A program made the position numbers and the translations under genes. This document shows positions 6,868-13,891 of a stretch of DNA of 33,346 nucleotides, in pieces; position 1 is the first letter of the stretch; each line of letters starts with the position of its first letter. Source of the stretch: Actinomyces sp. (GTDB lineage: Bacteria; Actinomycetota; Acidimicrobiia; Acidimicrobiales; Aldehydirespiratoraceae); the NCBI GenBank assembly GCA_003697065.1, contig RFFY01000153.1:1-33346 (forward strand), in the 5' to 3' direction. Below the pieces are notes generated by a model. It worked only from the letters and a program-made list of their open reading frames with translations. It searched no databases and was not told the origin of the DNA.

Positions 6868-6901
6868 GATGCCCGACGGGGGCGCCCCCCCGTCGGGCAT
6901 C
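6868..6901 (+). terminator. Intrinsic terminator-like hairpin with a 15-bp perfect stem
   Basis: gatgcccgacggggg (6868-6882) pairs with cccccgtcgggcatc (6887-6901) around the loop cgcc. It starts 5 nt after the stop of gene 6207..6863. No U-tract, which is common in high-GC actinobacteria. Confidence 0.7.
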
Positions 6902-6951
6902 ATCATCAATCCACTTCAACACAAACCCAAGACACCATAGGAGGTCCCGAT

Positions 6952-7650
6952 ATGACCAACGAACGACTCACCGAACTGATCAACGAGGGCCGCATCGCGC
7001 CCGACGACGTCGTCGGATGGGAGGACATCCCCGAGGACGTCGATCCCCTCGCCTGCGTGGTCGGCAAGACGACCAGCGACCTCGTCGGCGCCCGACTCGC
7101 CCGCCGTGAGATATCGGCCCGCCAGGTCGAGTCGCTGCGCCTCGCCGAGAAACTCATCGCCGCCGACCTCGACGTCATCCCCGACGAGGTCCGGTCCGCC
7201 ATCGCCAAGATGACCGCCCTCGACCCGACCGAGGCGGCCCGCCTGCTCGTCGACAGCATCGACGCCCGCGCCGCCGCCGAGGCCGTCGCCGGGGTCGTCG
7301 GCATGTTCGCGGCCGGGCTCGCCCATCGGGCCGCGGTCGTCGTGACCCGCATGATGGTCAACGGCGTCGACCGCGACACCATCGGCGACGGCGTCGTCGC
7401 CGTGAGCCTCGACCTCGACGACGACCTGCCCGCCGACATCGACGACTCCGTCCGTGAACTCATCGGGTCGGTCGCCGCGGCCTTCGTCGCCGCGGAGGTC
7501 ACCCGCCTGTCGAAGGCGGTCACCCGCACCCGATCCCGCATCGACGGCGGCGGGGGCGTCGACGCCGACGACGTCGACGCGATGACCCGCCTCGCCGAGG
7601 CCATCAACGAGGTGGTCGCCGACCTCGACGACGAGGACGACGACCGGTGA
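6952..7650 (+). CDS. Highly acidic hypothetical protein
   Basis: RBS ataggaggtcccgatATG. By hand count about 49 D/E against about 24 K/R. The C-terminus ends DLDDEDDDR. Confidence 0.8.
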   Translation: MTNERLTELINEGRIAPDDVVGWEDIPEDVDPLACVVGKTTSDLVGARLARREISARQVESLRLAEKLIAADLDVIPDEVRSAIAKMTALDPTEAARLLVDSIDARAAAEAVAGVVGMFAAGLAHRAAVVVTRMMVNGVDRDTIGDGVVAVSLDLDDDLPADIDDSVRELIGSVAAAFVAAEVTRLSKAVTRTRSRIDGGGGVDADDVDAMTRLAEAINEVVADLDDEDDDR

Positions 7651-8837
7651 CCGCCGCCAACGAGACCGCACCGGCGACCTCCGATGCGGTGTCACCACCT
7701 GCTGGTGCCGGGCCGACATGGCCCGGCGCCGGCGCGTCCGGCCGCTGGATCGTCGGCGACGCCATCGACGGTATCCGCCGCCTCGCCGCCGAGGGCGTCA
7801 CCGTCGACCTCGTCCTCACCTCCCCCCCGTTTCTAGGATTGCGGTCATACATACCCGGCTCCGATCCCCGTGAGATCGGCCGGGAAACGTCACCAGCCGA
7901 GTTCGTCACCCGGATTCTCGATGTCGTCGCCGCCGCCGCCGACATCCTCGCCCCGACCGGCACCATCGCCGTCGAACTGGGCGACACCTACTCCGGGTCG
8001 GGGGGCGCGGGCGGCGACTATGACACCGACGGGTTGTTCGCCGGTCGGCCCCACTGGAAGCAGCGTCGCGGGGACGACCCCGACGCCTGGCCCCTCCCGA
8101 AGTCGCTCGCCATGGTGCCCGAACTGGTCCGGGTCGCCCTCGCCTACGGCGTCCACCCGCTCACCGGGGAGCCATCCCCGGCGGGACGGTGGCGGGTCCG
8201 CAACGTCGTCCGGTGGGTGCGCCCGAACCCGGTCCCGCGTGCCCTCGGCGACAAGTTCAAGCCCGCGACGTCGGACATGCTCATCGCCACCCGTGCCGCG
8301 GACCGGTGGTGGGACGACATCCCGGTCCGGGACCCCGCCACCGGCACGGCGATGACCGACGCCATGATCGTCGCCCCCGAAGGCCACCGCGACCATCCCG
8401 CCGCGTGGCCGCCGAAACTCATCGCCCCGATCGTGGTCGCCGCCTGCCCGCGCCACGTGTGCCGAATCTGCGGGACACCCTCGAGACGCATCGTCGAACG
8501 CGTCCGCCGGGACCGCCGCACCGGCGAGCCCGTGACCGTCGACATGAACTCGCGCTGCGGCGACCCGACCGGCCGCTACTCGACCGGCTTCGACGTCGAG
8601 GTCGAACGGCGCACCGTCGGATGGTCGACATGTGAGCATTCGGACGACTTGGCCGACCCCGACGTGTGGCGTCCCGGGATCGTGCTCGACCCGTTCGCCG
8701 GGTCGGGGACGACGGTCGCCGTCGCCGTCGGCAACGCCCGCGCCGGGGTCGGCATCGACCTCGACCCCCGCAACGAGGCCCACGCCGCCGACCGTCTCGG
8801 CATGTTCCTCGTCGACACCGTGAGGCTCGACCCGTGA
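7647..8837 (+). CDS. Beta-class amino DNA methyltransferase, SPPF type (probably N4-cytosine)
   Basis: GTGA overlap at the start. Motif IV DLVLTSPPF precedes motif I VLDPFAGSGTT (beta-class order). SPPF/SPPY is characteristic of m4C enzymes such as M.PvuII. A Cys-rich insertion (CPRHVCRICG...C...C) is present. Confidence 0.85.
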   Translation: MTAANETAPATSDAVSPPAGAGPTWPGAGASGRWIVGDAIDGIRRLAAEGVTVDLVLTSPPFLGLRSYIPGSDPREIGRETSPAEFVTRILDVVAAAADILAPTGTIAVELGDTYSGSGGAGGDYDTDGLFAGRPHWKQRRGDDPDAWPLPKSLAMVPELVRVALAYGVHPLTGEPSPAGRWRVRNVVRWVRPNPVPRALGDKFKPATSDMLIATRAADRWWDDIPVRDPATGTAMTDAMIVAPEGHRDHPAAWPPKLIAPIVVAACPRHVCRICGTPSRRIVERVRRDRRTGEPVTVDMNSRCGDPTGRYSTGFDVEVERRTVGWSTCEHSDDLADPDVWRPGIVLDPFAGSGTTVAVAVGNARAGVGIDLDPRNEAHAADRLGMFLVDTVRLDP

Positions 8838-9883
8838 CGCGGCCTCGGGTGGTGTCCCTGTGCACCGGGGTCGGCGGACTCGACCTCGCCCTCGACCCCG
8901 ACCGGGCCGATCTCGTCGCCCTCGCCGAGACCGACCCGAGACCGGCGTCGGTCCTCGCCGCACGCTTCCCCGACATCCCGAATGTCGGGGACTGGACCGA
9001 CGAGGCCACATGGGACGCCTTCGCCGACGCCGACATGATCATCGGCGGGCTGCCCTGCCAGCCCGTCTCACTCGCCGGGCAACGTAGGGGGACCCGTGAC
9101 GAACGATGGCTGTTCGACGACCTCATCCGACTCGTTCGCCGTCTTGATGCCGCGGGCACACGACCCGTCGTGTTCCTCGAGTCGGTGCCCGGGATGCTCA
9201 CCGCAGACAACGGACACGCTATGGCCCGAATATGTGGCGGCCTGGCCGCCCTCGGGTGGGTGGGCGAATGGACGGTTCTACCGGCGTCCGCCGTCGGTGC
9301 ACCCCATCGCCGCCGCCGATGGTGGCTCCTTGCTGCCCACCCCGACGGCCCGCGACCCGAAGGACAGTGGTGGCGGCCGCCGCGGGCGTCGAAGGCGCCG
9401 ACTCATTCTCACGCTGCGCGATATGGCGACGTTGCCGACGCCGTCGAACGATGGGAACGGATCACCGGCCGGGCCGCCCCCGCCGACATCCTCGCCGGGC
9501 AACGAGTGAACCCGCGGGTCGCCGAGTGGATGATGGGATTCCCCGACGGGTGGGTGACCGGCATCGACGACCTGTCGTTCGCCGCCCAACTGCGCGCCCT
9601 CGGCAACGCCGTCGTCCCCCACCAGGCCGCCGCCGCCGCCCAAATACTCGCCGCCCGCCTCGAGAACCGCGAGCCACCACCACTCCCGACACCGCCGACC
9701 GGGCCGCTCATCCCCACCCCCGTCGCCACCGACGCCGCCGGAACCCGGAACCTAACCGCCCGCCGCCGACCCGGTAGCACCGGCCGACCCGGCCGGACAC
9801 TCACCGACTGGGCATGGATCACCACCGGGCTCGCCGACACCCACCCCGCATCCAACCGGACACCCACCCCGACATCACCATGA
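8834..9883 (+). CDS. C5-cytosine DNA methyltransferase
   Basis: GTGA overlap at 8834. Motif I SLCTGVGGLDLA, motif IV GGLPCQPVS, motif VI FLESVPG, motif VIII APHRRRRWWLLA, then RWE...EWMMGFPDGWVT and motif X LGNAVVP. The C-terminus carries LIPTPVATD...TLTDWA. Confidence 0.9.
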   Translation: MTRPRVVSLCTGVGGLDLALDPDRADLVALAETDPRPASVLAARFPDIPNVGDWTDEATWDAFADADMIIGGLPCQPVSLAGQRRGTRDERWLFDDLIRLVRRLDAAGTRPVVFLESVPGMLTADNGHAMARICGGLAALGWVGEWTVLPASAVGAPHRRRRWWLLAAHPDGPRPEGQWWRPPRASKAPTHSHAARYGDVADAVERWERITGRAAPADILAGQRVNPRVAEWMMGFPDGWVTGIDDLSFAAQLRALGNAVVPHQAAAAAQILAARLENREPPPLPTPPTGPLIPTPVATDAAGTRNLTARRRPGSTGRPGRTLTDWAWITTGLADTHPASNRTPTPTSP

Positions 9884-10092
9884 CCACCGACCACCGCGAC
9901 CACCACCGCGACTCCGACCCGGTCCTCGACGGGATCATCACCGGGATCGGGTGCGCCGCCCTCGTCCTCGCCTCATGGGTCACCTTCGGCGTGATCTTCG
10001 CCGCCGTGACCGCCGGCGCGATCCCCCACCTCGAGGTCGTCGCCGCCGTCCTCGCCGCCGCCGCCGTCATCGCCGCCACCCGCCCGCACTAG
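9880..10092 (+). CDS. Small membrane protein (2 predicted TM segments)
   Basis: ATGA overlap at 9880-9883. Hydrophobic GIITGIGCAALVLASWVTFGVIFAAV and VVAAVLAAAAVIAA. Confidence 0.65.
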   Translation: MTTDHRDHHRDSDPVLDGIITGIGCAALVLASWVTFGVIFAAVTAGAIPHLEVVAAVLAAAAVIAATRPH

Positions 10093-10095
10093 GAT
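10090..10095 (+). promoter_or_regulatory. TAGGAT -10-like hexamer 7 nt upstream of ATG 10103
   Basis: TAGGAT-cggcgcc-ATG with no SD. Same arrangement as at 5661, 11911, 16455 and 22712. Confidence 0.3.
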
Positions 10096-10102
10096 CGGCG
10101 CC

Positions 10103-10369
10103 ATGACGGCCGTCTACCTCGCCGCCGGGGGCGTCCTCCTCGCCGCCGAACTCATCGCCGTGTTCAACCGGCGCCGCGGCGACACCATCACCGAACTCAC
10201 CAAACGCCGGGCCGTCACACACGCCCTCGCCGCCGGGGGCGCCGCCTGGCTCCTCTGGCACTTCGCCGGCGCGGACATCACCGGCCTCCACGCCGCCCCG
10301 GCCGCCGACATCGGCGCCGCCGTCATCGGCGCCGCCGCCGGATGGGCCGGACACCACCGCCGGGGGTGA
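10103..10369 (+). CDS. Small membrane protein (about 3 predicted TM segments)
   Basis: Hydrophobic segments VYLAAGGVLLAAELIAVF, ALAAGGAAWLLWHFA and IGAAVIGAAAGWA. Confidence 0.65.
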   Translation: MTAVYLAAGGVLLAAELIAVFNRRRGDTITELTKRRAVTHALAAGGAAWLLWHFAGADITGLHAAPAADIGAAVIGAAAGWAGHHRRG

Positions 10370-11913
10370 CGACGACCCCAGCGGATCGACTCGCCCGGTC
10401 GGTCGGTCTCATCGCCGCTGTCGCCGACACCGACCCGGCCCTGCGCCCGGCGCTCCGCCGCCGGGTCACCCGCCAGGACCCCCTCGCCTTCGCCCTCACC
10501 TACCTAGCGCACCACTTCACCACCGCCGAGGTCGGCGACCGGGTCACCCTCGGTTGGCCGCACCTCATGATCCTCGACATCATCGAGGACTGGTGGCGGC
10601 CCCGGTCCGGCGAACCTCGAGCCGACCGGCACGCCATCTTCGCACCCCGAGGGTCGGGCAAATCCACGTGGGCATTTCTCGCGGTCCCCCTCTGGATGGC
10701 GGCCCACGGTCACGCCCGCTTCGCCGTGTGTTTCTCATCCACCGGCCCGCAGGCCAAGACCCACCTCGAGACCCTCCGCCGAGAAATGGACGGCCGCAAC
10801 GAACTACTCGCCGCCGACTTCCCCGACCTATGCCGCCCGGCGATGCGCCCCACCAAACGCCTGTCGATCGCCGACCGCACCGACATGATCGAACGCGCCA
10901 ACGGCGCCGTGTTCGTCGCCCGAGGCGCCGACTCCGACACCCTCGGCCTCAAACTCGGAAACCTCCGCCCGGACCTCATCATCCTCGACGACCTCGAGCC
11001 CCAGGAAGCGACCTACTCCCCCTTCCAGGCGGAGAAACGCCGGTCCACCCTCATCGACACCATCCTCCCCCTCAACGAGGCGGCCCGGGTCCTCCTCGTC
11101 GGCACCGTCACCATGCCCGGGTCGATCGCCCACCAACTCGTCCAATTCCACGACGCGGGTGGCCCTTCGGAGGACGCGGACAACACATGGGTCGCCGAGC
11201 AGCGCTTCGACGTGCACGTCGCCGACCCCATCATCGACGGCCCCGATGGCCGAGACTCGTGTTGGCCCGAGAAATGGCCGATCGAGTACCTCCTCGAGAT
11301 CGAGGGCACCCGGGACTTCGCCAAGAACTTCGCGAACCGGCCGGTCCCCCCCGAATCGGCGTTCTGGCGGCCCGAACTACTCGCCCCCCCACCCGAACCG
11401 CCCGACCCGGAAACCTTCGGGACCACGGTCCTCGCCGTCGACCCGGCGGTCACTGGTCGCACCATCTCGGACTTCACCGGGTGGGCGGTCGCCACCCGCA
11501 CCGCCGACCGGTCCGGAATCTGGGTGCGGGCCGCGGGCCGAACGAAACGGGTCGGGGTCGGCCTCATCCCGGTCCTGGCCCGGGTCGTCGCCGATTACGA
11601 CGTCGACGTGGTCCTCGTCGAATCGAACCAGGGCGGCGACCTATGGCGCGACCTTCTCGCCGACCTCGGCGTCCCCGTCCGCCTCGAGACCGTCTCCGCC
11701 CCCAAACCCGTCCGGTGGGAACGAGCCCTGCGCCTCTACGAGCGGGGCGTCGTCCGCCACGCCAACCGCATCCCGGCAGCCGACGCCGAAATGCTGGCCG
11801 TCCCCAACGTCCGCCACGACGACGTGGTCGACGCCGTCACCCTCGCCGTTCTCGCCCTCGCCAACAAACTCGACCGTCGCACCCAACCGGTCCGACGGTC
11901 GAGCTACGTCTAG
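10366..11913 (+). CDS. terL: Terminase large subunit
   Basis: Walker A FAPRGSGKST, Walker B DLIILDDLE, and a C-terminal RNaseH-like nuclease region (VLAVDPA..., VLVESNQGG, HDDVVDA). The GTG at 10366 gives the usual GTGA overlap; ATG 10342 is an alternative start. Confidence 0.95.
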   Translation: MTTTPADRLARSVGLIAAVADTDPALRPALRRRVTRQDPLAFALTYLAHHFTTAEVGDRVTLGWPHLMILDIIEDWWRPRSGEPRADRHAIFAPRGSGKSTWAFLAVPLWMAAHGHARFAVCFSSTGPQAKTHLETLRREMDGRNELLAADFPDLCRPAMRPTKRLSIADRTDMIERANGAVFVARGADSDTLGLKLGNLRPDLIILDDLEPQEATYSPFQAEKRRSTLIDTILPLNEAARVLLVGTVTMPGSIAHQLVQFHDAGGPSEDADNTWVAEQRFDVHVADPIIDGPDGRDSCWPEKWPIEYLLEIEGTRDFAKNFANRPVPPESAFWRPELLAPPPEPPDPETFGTTVLAVDPAVTGRTISDFTGWAVATRTADRSGIWVRAAGRTKRVGVGLIPVLARVVADYDVDVVLVESNQGGDLWRDLLADLGVPVRLETVSAPKPVRWERALRLYERGVVRHANRIPAADAEMLAVPNVRHDDVVDAVTLAVLALANKLDRRTQPVRRSSYV

Positions 11914-11916
11914 CAT
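11911..11916 (+). promoter_or_regulatory. TAGCAT -10-like hexamer 6 nt upstream of the portal ATG 11923
   Basis: TAGCAT-cgcggc-ATG. Its TAG is the terL stop codon. No SD. Confidence 0.35.
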
Positions 11917-11922
11917 CGCGGC

Positions 11923-13401
11923 ATGAGCCGCGACACATGGGTCGACGTCGTCGTCGACGACCTCGAGGCGTCCGCATCCGAGGCGGACCACTACGGCGCC
12001 ATCTACTCGGGCGACCTCGACGAGATTTGGTCATCGGCCCGTCTCGCCCGGGCCGCCGCCCGCGCCGGCGCCGAACTCGAACTCAACCTCGCCGCCCGGA
12101 TCGTCGACGCCGCCCTCAACCGCCTCACCATCACCGGGGTCGGCGACGACGAGGTGATCGGCGCCCTATGGGACCGGAACGACCTCCGATTCGAGCACAT
12201 TGAGGCCCACCGGTGGACCCTCGTCCACGGTCACGGCGCCCTCGTCGTGTGGCCCGCCGACCCCGACGGCCCCGCCGACGAGGTCGACATCGTGTTCCAT
12301 CCGGCGACCGAACTCGTCGTCCACCGCGACCCCGAGGACGCCCGGATCGTCGACTGGGCGGCCCGGTCGTTTGTGGACCGGTCGGGCCGTGACCGTCTCG
12401 TCGTGTGGACCGACGCCGGGGTCGCCCGCCTCGCCCGCCAGGGCGTCGACGCCCCGTGGGTCCCGGTCGACGCCGCCGGAACCGAACTCGCCGGACCACT
12501 CACCACCATCGGCGCTATGGGCGTCGACCCGGTCGAGGGCGTCGACCGTCTCATCGAGGCGGACCTCGCCGACCCCCACGACCTCGCCCGGGTGCCCGTG
12601 TTCGAGTTGCGGACCCGCCACCCACGGGGCGTCTCCGATCTCGCCACCGCCGCCGGACCCCAGGCCCTCATCGCGAAACTCGTCGCCGCCGACGCCGCCG
12701 TCATCGAGTTCGCCTCATTCCCACAACGCTACTTCCTGCTCGACCCGGCGACCGCGTCCGGGGACTTCGGCGACTTCGACGACATCTCCGACCCGGTCAC
12801 CCCGGGCGCCACCGCCGGGTCCGGCTCCGAACTCACCTCGCTCACCGCCGGACCGGGCGAGTTGTGGACCGTCACCGCCCGCGAGGCGGGACAATTCGAC
12901 CCGGCGCGGGCGGCCGAGTTTATCGAACGCCTCGAGTTCTACGCCCGCCACATGGCCGCCGCCTCGTCGACCCCGGTCCATGAACTCCGCGGGCAGCCAC
13001 CGTCGGGTGAGGCACTCCGCGCCGCCGACGAGCCACTGGTGCGCCGGGTCCGGGACCGGCAGGCCCGGTTCGAGGCGACATGGCGGGACGCCCTCACCTT
13101 CGCCGCCGACCTCGTCGACCCCGGCGCCGACCACCCGGTCGAGATCACATGGTCGCCCGCCGAGTTCGTCGACCGGGCCGAAGCCCTCGACGAGGCCGAA
13201 CGCAAGGTCCGTCTCGGCGTCCCACCGGCCGAGGTTCTCGTCGAACTCGGATACGAGCGGGAAACGGTCGAGGGGTGGATCGCGGCCGCGTCGCAGGGCG
13301 ACACCCGGGACATCGCCCTCACCCTCGCCGCCATGTCCGACCAGCCACCGGTCGACACGGCGGAACTCCGGGCGATGCTCGGGCTCGCCACCGGGGGGTG
13401 A
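11923..13401 (+). CDS. Portal protein
   Basis: 492 aa immediately after terL, with composition and length typical of SPP1/HK97-type portals. Confidence 0.85.
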   Translation: MSRDTWVDVVVDDLEASASEADHYGAIYSGDLDEIWSSARLARAAARAGAELELNLAARIVDAALNRLTITGVGDDEVIGALWDRNDLRFEHIEAHRWTLVHGHGALVVWPADPDGPADEVDIVFHPATELVVHRDPEDARIVDWAARSFVDRSGRDRLVVWTDAGVARLARQGVDAPWVPVDAAGTELAGPLTTIGAMGVDPVEGVDRLIEADLADPHDLARVPVFELRTRHPRGVSDLATAAGPQALIAKLVAADAAVIEFASFPQRYFLLDPATASGDFGDFDDISDPVTPGATAGSGSELTSLTAGPGELWTVTAREAGQFDPARAAEFIERLEFYARHMAAASSTPVHELRGQPPSGEALRAADEPLVRRVRDRQARFEATWRDALTFAADLVDPGADHPVEITWSPAEFVDRAEALDEAERKVRLGVPPAEVLVELGYERETVEGWIAAASQGDTRDIALTLAAMSDQPPVDTAELRAMLGLATGG

Positions 13402-13402
13402 C

Positions 13403-13882
13403 GTGGCGGACCGGGTCATCCGTCGTCTCGACGACCTCATGGCGGGTCCACCCGCGATCCACCGGGCCGGACTCCCCCAACTTGCCCTCGACCCGACCCT
13501 CAACGCCATCGTCGAAGGTCCCGGCGACGAACTCGGACGTGTCCTCGAGACCGGCGACGCCCGCATCGACCGGGCGGTCCGACGATGGGCGGTAGCCGCG
13601 TTCGGTGAACTCCGCCGCCGACTCCGCGAACACGCGGACACCACCGGCCGTGTCACCCCCGACCTGCTCGAGGTCGCCCTCGACCGATGGGGCGAATGGC
13701 TCGCCGGTCCGGGTCTCGCCCTCTACCGGCGGCTCGTTCTCGAGGCACGCCGTGAGGCGATGGGCGACACCCGGACCCGGGCGGAGGCGACGACATCGGC
13801 GGTCATGGCGGCGGTCGTTGCCCGATTTACGAACCGCCCGCTGACCGACACCATCGCCGCCACCCCCGACGGGGGCGAGTAA
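13403..13882 (+). CDS. Hypothetical helical protein between the portal and MuF genes
   Basis: In-frame GTG at 13403 in the tail of track ORF 12200..13882. Protein-like Ala/Leu/Arg-rich helical sequence. May be a detached N-terminal part of the head-morphogenesis module. Confidence 0.6.
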   Translation: MADRVIRRLDDLMAGPPAIHRAGLPQLALDPTLNAIVEGPGDELGRVLETGDARIDRAVRRWAVAAFGELRRRLREHADTTGRVTPDLLEVALDRWGEWLAGPGLALYRRLVLEARREAMGDTRTRAEATTSAVMAAVVARFTNRPLTDTIAATPDGGE

Positions 13883-13891
13883 GTAGGGACG

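Noticed and set aside
10554-12203. Long off-frame + strand ORFs (for example 2404..3111, 4417..5289, 10554..12203, 12200..13400, 20408..20896, 23732..24676, 25570..26964, 29387..30901).
   Set aside because: They give Arg/Pro-rich nonsense overlapping genes with clear homology-type motifs in another frame. Only the 3' portions of some (3112-4188, 5290-5652, 13403-13882) are real, and these start at internal ATG/GTG codons with 4-bp overlaps.
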